Source: Actinomycetota bacterium | GTDB lineage: Bacteria > Actinomycetota > UBA4738 > HRBIN12 | Reading direction: 5' to 3' | Assembly: GCA_036556805.1 (NCBI GenBank) | Contig: DATBIS010000116.1 | Span: 7,862 to 71,861 of the forward strand | DNA length: 64,000 bases | In this document: piece by piece, positions 26,734 to 35,915 of the stretch | Numbering within the stretch: the stretch's first letter is position 1 | How the letters are laid out: each line of letters opens with the position of its first letter | Notes under the pieces: model-generated | Databases searched by the model: none | Seen by the model: the letters and a program-made list of their open reading frames with translations, nothing else | What the model was told of the DNA's origin: nothing | Made by a program: the position numbers and the translations under genes

Positions 26734-27999
26734 ATGACCCCCGAGCACGCACACGTGCACGACCACGAGAGCGGCGAGGGGTTGCTGTCGGTGGGCGAGG
26801 CACGCGAACGCGTGCTCTCGCAGGTCCATGTGCTCGCTCCGCTCCAGCTGCCGCTCGTCGAGGCCTACGGCTGCGTGGCGGCCGAGGACGTGGTCGCGGA
26901 CCGGACGCTCCCCGAGTTCCCCTCCTCGGCGATGGACGGCTTCGCGGTACGGGCATCCGACGTCGCCGACGCCTCGCCGGCGAACCCGGTCGAGCTGAAG
27001 ATCGTGGGGCGCGCGCTGATCGGACGCCGGCCCGAGTCGACCGTCGGAGGCGGTGAGGCCGTGCGCATCGCGACCGGCGCCCCGGTCCCCGGCGGCGCCG
27101 ACACGATCGTGCCGATCGAGAACAGCGAGGTCCTCGGCGAGACCGTGCGCTTCGTCGACGGCCCGCCGATCGGCAAGCACGTTCGTCCGGCCGGCGAGGA
27201 CGTCGAGGAGGGTCAGGTGCTCGTCGCGGCCGGCAAGCGGCTCGGCTCGCCCGAGCTCGGCCTGCTCGCGAACGCCGGCTTCCCCCATCCGCTCGTGCAC
27301 CCTCGCCCCCGAGTCGTGGTGCTCTCCACCGGCGACGAGCTGGTCCCACCCACGGACTCGCCGGAGTTCGGACAGATCCGCGACTCGAACGCCTACACGA
27401 TCTTCGGCGCGCTCCGCGAGGTCGGTGCGATCCCGACGCTCGCCGGCATCGTGCGGGACGACGTCGACCAGCTGAAGGAGACGGTGCTGAACTACGTCAT
27501 CCAAGCGGACGCGTTCATCTCCTCGGGCGGCGTGTCGGTGGGCGAACGCGACGTCGTGAAGGCCGCGTTCTTCCGCCGCGGGGAGCTCGACTTCTTCAGG
27601 GTCGCGATGCAGCCCGGGATGCCGCAGGGCTTCGGACACATCGAGGGCAAGCCCTACTTCGGCCTTCCCGGCAACCCCGTGAGCGTGTTCGTGTCGTTCG
27701 AGGTGTTCATCCGCCCGGCGATCCTCAAGATGATGGGCCGCACGAACCTGTTCCGGCCCGAGGTCACCGCGACGCTCACGGCCGACGTGAGCGGGCCGCG
27801 CGGCAAGATGCAGTTCGCGCGGGTGAACGTCGCGCGCTCCGCCGACGGGTGGACGGCCGAGCCGACCGGCGGACGCGGCTCGAACCTGATCTCGACGGTC
27901 TCGCGCGCGAACGGGCTCGCGATCATCCCACCGGGCGTCGAGACGGCCACCGAGGGCGAGAAGGTGAAGGTCATGCTCTTTCGCTCCTCGGAGGACTGA
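26734..27999 (+). CDS. moeA: Molybdopterin molybdotransferase MoeA
   Basis: 421 aa, MoeA N, linker, MoCF-biosynthesis (GGVSVGERD) and C-terminal domains. Confidence 0.9.
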   Translation: MTPEHAHVHDHESGEGLLSVGEARERVLSQVHVLAPLQLPLVEAYGCVAAEDVVADRTLPEFPSSAMDGFAVRASDVADASPANPVELKIVGRALIGRRPESTVGGGEAVRIATGAPVPGGADTIVPIENSEVLGETVRFVDGPPIGKHVRPAGEDVEEGQVLVAAGKRLGSPELGLLANAGFPHPLVHPRPRVVVLSTGDELVPPTDSPEFGQIRDSNAYTIFGALREVGAIPTLAGIVRDDVDQLKETVLNYVIQADAFISSGGVSVGERDVVKAAFFRRGELDFFRVAMQPGMPQGFGHIEGKPYFGLPGNPVSVFVSFEVFIRPAILKMMGRTNLFRPEVTATLTADVSGPRGKMQFARVNVARSADGWTAEPTGGRGSNLISTVSRANGLAIIPPGVETATEGEKVKVMLFRSSED

Positions 28000-28005
28000 G
28001 GCGCC

Positions 28006-28500
28006 GTGGCCGACCAGGCGGGGGCCGACGGCGTCACCCGCATCGTGGAGGTCGGGGCGAAGGCCGAGACCGACCGCGAGGCGACCGCCGAGTGCTGGGT
28101 CACGATGACCCCGGAGGCGGTCGCGCACCTTTTGTCGGGCACGAAGAAGGGCGACCCGATCGCGACGGCGAAGATCGCCGGCGTCATGGGGGTGAAGCGC
28201 ACGCCCGACTTGCTCCCGCACTGCCATCCGATCCGGGTCACGGGCGCCGACGTGACGATCGAGCCCGACGCGGCAAGCGGCCGGGTGCGCGTGCAGACGA
28301 CCGTGCGGGCGACCGACCGGACCGGCGTCGAGATGGAGGCGCTCACGGCCGCGGCCGTCGCGGCACTCTCGCTCTACGACACGGCGAAGGCCTTCGACCG
28401 CGCCGCGCGCATCGACGGCCTCCGGCTGCTCGCGAAGTCCGGCGGCAAGAGCGGCGACTATCGGGCCGCAGTGCCCGGCGAGGACCCCCCGGCTTCGTAG
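28006..28500 (+). CDS. moaC: Cyclic pyranopterin monophosphate synthase MoaC
   Basis: 164 aa. Conserved MoaC blocks (KGDPIATAKIAGVMGVKRTPDLLPHCHPI). Confidence 0.9.
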   Translation: MADQAGADGVTRIVEVGAKAETDREATAECWVTMTPEAVAHLLSGTKKGDPIATAKIAGVMGVKRTPDLLPHCHPIRVTGADVTIEPDAASGRVRVQTTVRATDRTGVEMEALTAAAVAALSLYDTAKAFDRAARIDGLRLLAKSGGKSGDYRAAVPGEDPPAS

Positions 28501-28549
28501 GCCGCCCGTCCTACGCCCGAACCGCTCCTTGTGAAAAAGTTCTCGAAAT

Positions 28550-28561
28550 CACATCGATGTG
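28550..28561. promoter_or_regulatory. Perfect 12-bp palindrome CACATCGATGTG inside TGTGA-N14-TCACA, in a relatively AT-rich intergenic region. Candidate operator
   Basis: Seen directly. About 90 nt upstream of the 28650 GTG start. Local GC is well below the window average. Confidence 0.35.
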
Positions 28562-28649
28562 CTTCTTCGGCGCAACATGTGGTGCTACGGTCCCTGCCCA
28601 GCCTAGATGTAGTGGGCCACCGGGGTTGGCCGGACTGGAGGCTGGGCGC

Positions 28650-29246
28650 GTGGATTGGCTGCTTCTCGCCGGGTTGGGCATCATGTGGCTCGCGTTCCTC
28701 CTGCCGACGGGTCGTCGGCGACACTCGGAGAAGACGAGCGTGGAGGACTTCGAACGCAGGATGGAGCTCTTGGCGCAGACGGAAGGTCAGGACGGACCCG
28801 GCAGGTGGATCGTGACGCCCCGCAAGGGGGCGCGGTTCGTGGGTCCGACCGAGCGCCGCAGGGCTCGAGCGCGTGAGCGCCGCCGGCGCGTGTTCGTCTT
28901 CCTGCTCGAGTCCATCGGCCTTACCTTCCTGATCGGCGCCGTGCCGCCGCTCCGCGCGTTCTGGATCGGCACCGGCATGTTGGTGGCGTTGCTCGTCGCG
29001 TACGTATGGCTGCTCGTCACGATCAAGCACCGGGCACCGCAACAGCCCCACGAGCGCGTGGCCGCCGCTCGCCGGCCACGCCCGAACGCGAGAGCCCGCG
29101 TGGCGGCCGTCGCACAGCGTTACGTCGCCGAGGGCCACTCGACGTGGGCGCGGCCCACGTTCAACGGGCTCGGGTCGCTCGGGGAGGGCGACACCGTGCA
29201 CGTGGTCGTGCGGGTCGCCGGGGACGTCGGCGTCGCTCGCGCCTAG
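28650..29246 (+). CDS. Hypothetical membrane protein (2-3 TM)
   Basis: GTG start preceded by a GGAGG RBS 8 nt upstream. Product VDWLLLAGLGIMWLAFLLPTGRRR...FLLESIGLTFLIGAVPPLRAFWIGTGMLVALLVAYVWLLV. This is the 3' part of track ORF 27849..29246. Confidence 0.55.
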   Translation: MDWLLLAGLGIMWLAFLLPTGRRRHSEKTSVEDFERRMELLAQTEGQDGPGRWIVTPRKGARFVGPTERRRARARERRRRVFVFLLESIGLTFLIGAVPPLRAFWIGTGMLVALLVAYVWLLVTIKHRAPQQPHERVAAARRPRPNARARVAAVAQRYVAEGHSTWARPTFNGLGSLGEGDTVHVVVRVAGDVGVARA

Positions 29247-29884
29247 TGTCGTCCGAAGACCTCACCAGTTCCTTCCGCGCTCGCTTCGACGCGAAGGTCG
29301 CCGCGCGCGAGCGCGCGCTGCCTGCCGCCCGCCGGTCGATCCGCGCGAGCGCGAACTCGATCCGCGCGATTCACCGCGGCGAGGCCGATCGGGCACAGGA
29401 GCTCATGGCCGCGTCGCGCGCCGCGATCGACGAAGGGCTCGCAGCCGTCGTCGACCATCCCGACCTTCGGTTCGCCGGCTACCTGCAGGACGCGCAGAAG
29501 GAGTACGCGGAGGCGAGGATCACGTACTCGCTCGTCACGGACGAACCGATCCCAGGACCGGAGGACGTCGACGTCGAGGACGCGCCCTATCTGAACGGGA
29601 TGGCGGAGGCGATCGGCGAGGGGAGGCGGCACGTCCTGGACCTGCTCCGCCGCCACGACGTGGAGCGGGCAGAACGGATCCTCGACGCGCTCGAGGACCT
29701 CTACGGCGTGCTCGCGGCGATGGACTATCCCGACGCGATCACGCTGAACCTCCGGCGATCCACCGACGTCGCGCGCGGCCTCATCGAGAAGACCCGCGGT
29801 GACCTCTCGATCGCGTTCGTGCAACGCGACCTCCACGACGCGCTCGAGCGGCACGCGCGCGACCTGCTGGGTGAACGGGGGTGA
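29246..29884 (+). CDS. Translin-family-like all-alpha protein (hypothetical)
   Basis: GTG start overlaps the upstream stop. 212 aa, helical, with translin-like motifs (YLQDAQKEYAEA, YLNGMAEAIGEGRR). The opposite-strand ORF 29243..29854 was judged antisense. Confidence 0.5.
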   Translation: MSSEDLTSSFRARFDAKVAARERALPAARRSIRASANSIRAIHRGEADRAQELMAASRAAIDEGLAAVVDHPDLRFAGYLQDAQKEYAEARITYSLVTDEPIPGPEDVDVEDAPYLNGMAEAIGEGRRHVLDLLRRHDVERAERILDALEDLYGVLAAMDYPDAITLNLRRSTDVARGLIEKTRGDLSIAFVQRDLHDALERHARDLLGERG

Positions 29885-29913
29885 CGGAGGGCTCTGCTAC
29901 GCTTCGGGCCCAC

Positions 29914-29990
29914 GGGGGTGTAGCTCAGCCCGGTAGAGCACTGCCTTCGCACGGCAGGGGTCGTCGGTTCAAATCCGATCACCTCCACCA
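29914..29990 (+). tRNA. tRNA-Ala (anticodon CGC)
   Basis: GGGGGTGTAGCTCAGCCCGGTAGAGCACTGCCTTCGCACGGCAGGGGTCGTCGGTTCAAATCCGATCACCTCCACCA. Cloverleaf with a G3:U70 pair in the acceptor stem, anticodon loop TTCGCAC, encoded CCA. Confidence 0.9.
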
Positions 29991-30014
29991 CAACTCGTCG
30001 TAGCATCTCCGACG

Positions 30015-31202
30015 ATGCTCCGTCGATCATTGCCCGCGGCCTCGGCGCTCGCGATCCTGCTGGTCCTCGCGACGCTGCCGCACGCCACCGCGAAGCCGAA
30101 GGCGAACGCGCTCGCGCCGACCGGCGTCACCCTGACCGCCTCCGCCTCCATGATCGAGTTCGGCGCGTCCGTGAAGCTCACGGCCACCACCGACCCGGCG
30201 ACCTCCGGGGAGACCGTCGAGGTCCGCGACGCGACCGACGTCGTCGTGGCCTCCGGCGTGACCGGCGCCGCCGGCGCGATCCACGTCGCGCTCGAGCCGG
30301 ACGCGAACGTGACGTTGCACGCGCACTGGCAGGGGCTCGATTCGGCACCGGTCTCGGTGAAGGTGCGCGCGCGCGTGACCGCGCACCTCGCGCCCGTTCG
30401 GCTGTTCGACACCGTGCCCGCGACCGGGCGCGTGCATCCCGTTCGGGCCGGCGAGCCGATCACGGTCGTTCTGCGCCGGGCAGGCAAGAAGGTCGCGACG
30501 CGCACCGTCGACATCAAGGCGAACGGCACGTTCAAGGCGGTCTTCACCGTCTCGCTGCCGGGCACGTATCGGGCCCGCGCGACGTTTTCGGCGGTCGACC
30601 TCGCCGCCGGCACGGACACGAGCCCGCCGAGGAAGACGCCGCTGCCCTCGCTCGAGCAGGGAGACCACGGCGTGTTCGTCCGGCTCCTCGAGGAACGGCT
30701 GCGCGACCTGCACTACCACCTCGTGAAGCTCAACGCGCAGTTCGACGTTCGGACGTCGGACGCGGTGATGGCCTTCCGAAAGGTCCAGGGCATGCCTCGC
30801 AACGGGCGCGTGACCGCCTCGACCTGGCAGCGCCTCGCGAAGCCGAAGAAGCTCCACCCGCGCGGAAGCAAGCACGACTTCCACATCGAGGTGAACCAGT
30901 CGAAGCAGGTGCTGTTCACGGTGAAGGACGGCAAGGTCGACGCGATCATCCACGTCTCGACGGGGAAGCCGTCGACGCCCACGATCGACGGCCACTTCAA
31001 GGTCGTGCGCAAGATCGCCGGCTTCAGCCCGAACCACCTCTACTACCCGAGCTACTTCGACGGGAACCGGGCGATCCACGGCTGGCCCGACGTGCCGACG
31101 TACGCGGCGAGCCACGGCTGCGTGCGCGTGCCGTACTGGACCGCCAAGTGGATCTACGGCCTCGCCACGATCGGCACGAAGGTCATCGTCTACCACGCGT
31201 GA
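30015..31202 (+). CDS. L,D-transpeptidase (YkuD domain) with N-terminal Ig-like and peptidoglycan-binding regions, secreted
   Basis: Signal peptide. The C-terminal YkuD catalytic motif (HGWPDVPTYAASHGCVRVPYW) contains the Cys nucleophile. Confidence 0.85.
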   Translation: MLRRSLPAASALAILLVLATLPHATAKPKANALAPTGVTLTASASMIEFGASVKLTATTDPATSGETVEVRDATDVVVASGVTGAAGAIHVALEPDANVTLHAHWQGLDSAPVSVKVRARVTAHLAPVRLFDTVPATGRVHPVRAGEPITVVLRRAGKKVATRTVDIKANGTFKAVFTVSLPGTYRARATFSAVDLAAGTDTSPPRKTPLPSLEQGDHGVFVRLLEERLRDLHYHLVKLNAQFDVRTSDAVMAFRKVQGMPRNGRVTASTWQRLAKPKKLHPRGSKHDFHIEVNQSKQVLFTVKDGKVDAIIHVSTGKPSTPTIDGHFKVVRKIAGFSPNHLYYPSYFDGNRAIHGWPDVPTYAASHGCVRVPYWTAKWIYGLATIGTKVIVYHA

Positions 31203-31270
31203 GCGGCCGGTCGTTGCAACCACCCCCGACCCGGGGGACGATCGGGACACGTGCGGAAGGGAGAACCACC

Positions 31271-31750
31271 ATGAACGGAGACCGGGCGACCGCGATCGAG
31301 ATCACGTACGCCGGCGTGGCGGGCGCCGTCGGCGGCCTGGTCGGGATCGCCGGGATCTACGTGGGGAAGTGGTTCAGCTACAGCTACGTGACCCAGGGCG
31401 CGCGCGCGACCTTCTACTTCGACGGCACCGAGGACTGGACCGGCCAGGTGGCCTTCATCGCCGGCCTCGCGGCGTTCGCGTTCGGCGTCGCGTACGTCCT
31501 GCTCTCCGATCCGCAGATCCGCACCCTCACCGGCTCACTCATGGGCGTGGGAGGCATCTTCCTGCTCGCGATGGCCGCGCTCGCGTTCACCCGTGTCGAC
31601 GAGGTCATCGGGCCGCACCCGTTCCTTCCCGGGGTCGAGCCCGGACAGTCCATCCGCATCACGACCGCGGCGGCGGGAGGTCTTTGGATGACGGTCGTGG
31701 CCGGCATGGCCGCCGTGTACGGGTCCTACCTGTCGATCCGGCGGCGCTGA
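31271..31750 (+). CDS. Hypothetical membrane protein (4 TM)
   Basis: ATG with a GGAAGGGAGAA RBS upstream, 159 aa, Gly/Ala-rich TM helices. Confidence 0.55.
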   Translation: MNGDRATAIEITYAGVAGAVGGLVGIAGIYVGKWFSYSYVTQGARATFYFDGTEDWTGQVAFIAGLAAFAFGVAYVLLSDPQIRTLTGSLMGVGGIFLLAMAALAFTRVDEVIGPHPFLPGVEPGQSIRITTAAAGGLWMTVVAGMAAVYGSYLSIRRR

Positions 31751-31785
31751 CGGCCGCCGTTCGCTCCCGCCGGTAGCCTCGCGGC

Positions 31786-32988
31786 ATGTGGTGGGAGCGG
31801 GAGGGCTTGGAGGTTCGCGACGGTCGTCTGTCGATCGCCGGGCGCGACGCCGAGGAGATCGCCCGCGAGCACGGCACGCCGATCTACGTCGCCGACGCGG
31901 AACGAGTGGCCGATCGAGCACGGGCCCTCCGCGGTGCGCTGGAGGGCGCGGGCCTCCGTGGGATGGTGAGGCTGGCCCTGAAGGCGCAACGAGAGCCCGA
32001 GCTGCTCCGCTTCCTCCGCGGCCGCGTGCCCTTCCTCGGCATGGACGTGTGCTCGCCCGGTGAGGTGCGGTGGGCGATGGAGCACGGCTGGCCGCCGGCG
32101 GAGATCTCGTACACGGGGACGAACGTGAGCGAACGCGACCTCGACGTGATCCTGGATGCCGGGGTGCACATGAACGTGGACCTCCTCACGCAGATCGACC
32201 GCGTGGGGAGGCGCCGGCGGGGCGGCGTGATCGGCCTGCGAGTGAACCCGCGCATCGGCGCCGGCGGCGTCGACACGCTGTACTCGGGCGTCCGTCCCAC
32301 GAAGTTCGGTGTGTTCGCGGAGCAGATCCCCGAGGCGCTCGGGCGGGCGAGGAGCCACGGGCTCGAGGTCGACACCGTGCACGTCCACGTCGGGGACGGC
32401 TACCTCGACGACGGGCTGCCGCGCTTCGAGGAGGCGGTGCGTCGCACGGCGGCCATGACCGGGGAGCTCCTCGCGGCAGGTTGTCCGATCGCGGAGGTGA
32501 ACGTCGGCGGGGGGCTCGGCGTCCCGCAGCGCGAGGGTGAGCGTCCGCTGAATCTCGTGGCGTGGGCCGCGATGCTCGCCGAGCACCTCGGTCCGTTCGG
32601 CGTCACGGTCGCCACCGAGCCGGGCGACTTCCTCGCGAAGGACGCCGTCGTGCACCTCGCCGAGGTGGTCTCGGTCGAAGATCGCGAGGGCGTGCGCTTC
32701 GTGGGCCTCGACACCGGCTGGAGCGCCATGGGGGAGCACTTCATCTACGGGTCGCCGGTGCATTTCGTGCTGTGTCGCGACGCGAACGGGCCGCCCGGGG
32801 CTCGCGTGACGTTCGCCGGCAACATCAACGAGGGCGACGATCTGTTCGCGGAGGATTTCCCGTTCCCGGCCGTCGCGGAGGGCGACGTCGTCGCGGCGCT
32901 CGGCGTCGGGAGCTACAACGCCTCGATCGCGAGCGAGCACTGCCTGCGGCCGCCCGCAAGGACGCTCGTGCTCAGCGAGCGGATCTGA
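31786..32988 (+). CDS. PLP-dependent decarboxylase, Orn/DAP/Arg decarboxylase family 2 (LysA-like)
   Basis: 400 aa, alanine-racemase-like TIM barrel plus a C-terminal beta domain (GGGLGVPQ, EPGDFLAKDAVV, CRDANGPPG). About 50 aa shorter than typical LysA. Confidence 0.8.
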   Translation: MWWEREGLEVRDGRLSIAGRDAEEIAREHGTPIYVADAERVADRARALRGALEGAGLRGMVRLALKAQREPELLRFLRGRVPFLGMDVCSPGEVRWAMEHGWPPAEISYTGTNVSERDLDVILDAGVHMNVDLLTQIDRVGRRRRGGVIGLRVNPRIGAGGVDTLYSGVRPTKFGVFAEQIPEALGRARSHGLEVDTVHVHVGDGYLDDGLPRFEEAVRRTAAMTGELLAAGCPIAEVNVGGGLGVPQREGERPLNLVAWAAMLAEHLGPFGVTVATEPGDFLAKDAVVHLAEVVSVEDREGVRFVGLDTGWSAMGEHFIYGSPVHFVLCRDANGPPGARVTFAGNINEGDDLFAEDFPFPAVAEGDVVAALGVGSYNASIASEHCLRPPARTLVLSERI

Positions 32989-32994
32989 CCGGGG

Positions 32995-34572
32995 CTAGGC
33001 GAACCGGACCACGAAGACGGCGCGCGCCGACTCCCAGCCGACCACCTCGAACGTGAGGACGAGGTTCCGGCACGTGCCGGCCCAGGATCCGTCGGTCTTC
33101 CACACGATGTGCTCGCGGCCGTTGCCGGTGAAGTGCGCGTTCAGGTCGGCCGCCTGCGGATCGCCGAGGGTGATCGAGGGGTCGTTGCAGCTCACCTGCT
33201 GCGTGGTTCGCGTCGAGGCGGCGAGCGGGGTCGCCGCCGACCGGGAAAGCTTCGTGCGCTTCAGGACCGAGGCCGGCCCGTAGGCGAGCGTGACGGGAAG
33301 GGAGCTGCCGGCGTGCTGGAGTTCGGGGTCCGCGAGGGGGCCCTGCACGCCGAGGAACACGACGTACCCGTGCGTGATCCCGGACGCGTTCCCGGCGCCG
33401 TCGGTCGCGCTCACGGTGAAGCTGTGCGGCCCGAGGCTCGCGTCGAGCGACGCGCCGCTCGGCACCGTGCCGGCGCAGCTCGCGAGGCCCGACCCGCCCT
33501 CGTCCGCACACGTGTACTGCGCGACCGGGGCGTCGCCGAGCACGAACCACGCGCCGTCGGAGGGCGTCGAAAGGTCGATCACCGGCGGCGTGTCGTCGGT
33601 GACGATCGAGAGCCGCCCGACGCGGTTGCCCGCCTGCTCGGTGAACCACACGCCGTCCGGCCCGGCCGCGATGCCGAAAGGCTGCGAGACGGCGTTCGGC
33701 AGGGGGTACTCCGTGAAGGCCCCGTCGGTCGTGATCCGCCCGATCATGTTCCCGCCGTTCTCGGTGAACCAGAGCGCGCCATCGGGGCCGAGCGCGATGC
33801 CGATCGGGTTGCCCGGTGCGGGGAGCGGAAAGGTCGTGATCGTCGCCATGTCGGGCGTGATCGAGGCGATCGCCTGGCCGCTTCGCTGCGTGAACCAGAG
33901 GTTGCCGTCGGGGCCGGCCGCGATCCCCGAGAGGAGCCGTCCGGCCGGCGTCACCGGCGCTTCGGTGATGGTCCCGTCCATCGAGATGCGCCCGACGCGG
34001 TTGCCCGCTTGCTCGGTGAACCACATCGCGCCGTCGGGTCCGGCCGCGATCCCGTACGGCCCACTGGGCGTCGACGGGATCGCGTACTCGGTGAACGCGC
34101 CGTCGACCGTGACGCGGCCGATCATCCCGCCCGCCTGCTCGGTGAACCAGAGCGCGCCGTCGGGGCCGGCCGCGATCCCGGCGGGCTGGCTCGCGGCCGT
34201 CGGCACCGCGAACTCGGTGATGGCGCCCGCCGGGGTGACGCGACCGATCTGGCTCGCCGATCGTTCGGTGAACCAGAGATTGCCATCCGGCCCGGACGTG
34301 ATCCAGAAGGGCTGCGCGGCGGCCGTCGGAAGCGGGTACTCCGTGATCGTCCCGTCGGCGGCTACGCGGCCGACGGCATTCGACGTGCGCTCCGTGAACC
34401 AGAACGCCCCGTCGGACCCCTGCGTGATGCCCTGCGGCAGGCTTGCGGCCGCCGGGATCGCGAACTCGGTGATATCGCCGAGGGCGGCGGACGCGCTCGG
34501 CATGAGGCCGAACGCGATCGCGGCCGAGAGGGCTGCGATGGAAAAGATCCGGAGAGGGGGTCGACTCCGCAC
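32995..34572 (-). CDS. Secreted protein with about 9 tandem Vgb-like (streptogramin-lyase-like, COG4257) beta-propeller repeats and a C-terminal domain
   Basis: Signal peptide, then repeated ITEFxIPTAASQPxGIAAGPDGALWFTE units. Track ORF 32972..34858 in another frame was rejected. Confidence 0.8.
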   Translation of the reverse strand: MRSRPPLRIFSIAALSAAIAFGLMPSASAALGDITEFAIPAAASLPQGITQGSDGAFWFTERTSNAVGRVAADGTITEYPLPTAAAQPFWITSGPDGNLWFTERSASQIGRVTPAGAITEFAVPTAASQPAGIAAGPDGALWFTEQAGGMIGRVTVDGAFTEYAIPSTPSGPYGIAAGPDGAMWFTEQAGNRVGRISMDGTITEAPVTPAGRLLSGIAAGPDGNLWFTQRSGQAIASITPDMATITTFPLPAPGNPIGIALGPDGALWFTENGGNMIGRITTDGAFTEYPLPNAVSQPFGIAAGPDGVWFTEQAGNRVGRLSIVTDDTPPVIDLSTPSDGAWFVLGDAPVAQYTCADEGGSGLASCAGTVPSGASLDASLGPHSFTVSATDGAGNASGITHGYVVFLGVQGPLADPELQHAGSSLPVTLAYGPASVLKRTKLSRSAATPLAASTRTTQQVSCNDPSITLGDPQAADLNAHFTGNGREHIVWKTDGSWAGTCRNLVLTFEVVGWESARAVFVVRFA

Positions 34573-34670
34573 GAATCAGGTATCGGTCGGTACCCGATTC
34601 GGGGAGATGGACCGAACGGTCATTCGTAGCTAGGCCATGCGACGCAGGTCGACGGTATGCTCCGCGCCTG

Positions 34671-35912
34671 ATGTCGTCGGCTCCTCTCCTGATTCGCGCC
34701 GGGCGGTTGGTCGACGTCGAGACCGGCGAGGTACGACGGGACCAGGTCGTCGCCGTGCGGGGCGATCGCATCGATGCCATCGACGACGACGACGGTCGCG
34801 TTCCCGAGGGAGCGACGGTGATCGACCTCTCGAACCACACCGTGCTGCCGGGCCTCATCGACTGTCACACGCACCTCATCGGCGAGGTCGAGACCGGGCA
34901 CGGGTACGCGGGGCTCGTGCAGCGCAGCGGCGCGCAGGAGGCGTTCTCCGGCGTCCGCAACGCGCGCGAGACGGTCCGGGCCGGATTCACGAGCGTGCGC
35001 GACGTGGGGACCTTCCGCGCGCTCGTGGACGTGGCGCTCCGCGACGCGATCGAAGCCGGCGACGTCCTCGGCCCCCGGATGCTCTGCGCCGGTGCGTACG
35101 TCACGTGCTCGAGCGGGGGCGGCGACATCACGGGCCTCGCGCCCGACGTCGACGCGGTCGTGCCGCGCGAACTGCGGTTCGGCGTCGCGGACTCGGCCGA
35201 CGAGGTGCGGGCGGCCGTCCGTCGGATCCTCCACGGCGGCGCCGACTTCATCAAGATGATCGCGACGGGAGCCGTGCTCACCGAGGGCACCGTGCCCGGC
35301 GCGCCCGAGTTCGGCGAGGCGGAGATCCGCGCAGCCGTCGAAGAGGCTGCGCTCTATGGGACGTTCGTGGCCGCGCACGCGCACGGGGCGGAGGGCATCA
35401 AGCGCGCCGTGCGCGCGGGTGTGCGTTCGATCGAGCACGGATCGCTCATGGACGACGAGTCGATCGAGCTCATGGCCGAACGCGGTACCTACCTGGTCGC
35501 CGACATCTGGTTCGGCGACTGGATCCTCGAGCAAGGCACGCTGCACGACTGGTCGCCGAACGTCATGCGCAAGACCGAGGAGACCACCGACGTCCAGCGA
35601 GAGGGGTTCGCGAAATGCGTGAAGGCGGGCGTGAAGCTGCCGTTCGGCACCGACAGCGGCGGCTACCCCCACGCGATGGCGGCGAAGCAGTTCGCGTATC
35701 TCGTGCGCTACGGCATGACGCCGATGGAGGCGATCCGGAGCGCAACGACGGTGGCCGCGGAGCTCATGGGCCGGGAGGACCGCGTGGGGTCGATCGCGCC
35801 CGGGAAGCTCGCCGATCTCGTCGCGGTCGAGGGCGACCCCATCGATGACGTCTCCCGGCTGGAGCGCGTCGCCTTCGTCATGAAGGGCGGCGAGGTCGTG
35901 AAGTCGGCGTAG
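34671..35912 (+). CDS. Amidohydrolase-family metal-dependent hydrolase
   Basis: 413 aa with an HxH motif (IDCHTHL) and downstream His/Asp ligands (HAHGAEG, FGTDSGG). Confidence 0.85.
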   Translation: MSSAPLLIRAGRLVDVETGEVRRDQVVAVRGDRIDAIDDDDGRVPEGATVIDLSNHTVLPGLIDCHTHLIGEVETGHGYAGLVQRSGAQEAFSGVRNARETVRAGFTSVRDVGTFRALVDVALRDAIEAGDVLGPRMLCAGAYVTCSSGGGDITGLAPDVDAVVPRELRFGVADSADEVRAAVRRILHGGADFIKMIATGAVLTEGTVPGAPEFGEAEIRAAVEEAALYGTFVAAHAHGAEGIKRAVRAGVRSIEHGSLMDDESIELMAERGTYLVADIWFGDWILEQGTLHDWSPNVMRKTEETTDVQREGFAKCVKAGVKLPFGTDSGGYPHAMAAKQFAYLVRYGMTPMEAIRSATTVAAELMGREDRVGSIAPGKLADLVAVEGDPIDDVSRLERVAFVMKGGEVVKSA

Positions 35913-35915
35913 CGG

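Noticed and set aside
28530-28553. TGTGA...TCACA read as a CRP-binding site
   Set aside because: The arms match the CRP half-sites but are separated by 14 nt instead of 6. I report it only as a generic palindrome or operator candidate.
29243-29854. 203-aa minus-strand ORF
   Set aside because: The opposite plus-strand frame (29246-29884) gives a helical, translin-like protein starting exactly at the upstream stop. The minus-strand product is Arg/Val/Asp-rich with no features.
32972-34858. 628-aa minus-strand ORF in an alternative frame
   Set aside because: Overlaps the coherent Vgb-repeat protein frame (32995-34572). Its translation is Arg/His/Asp-rich without repeats or a signal peptide.
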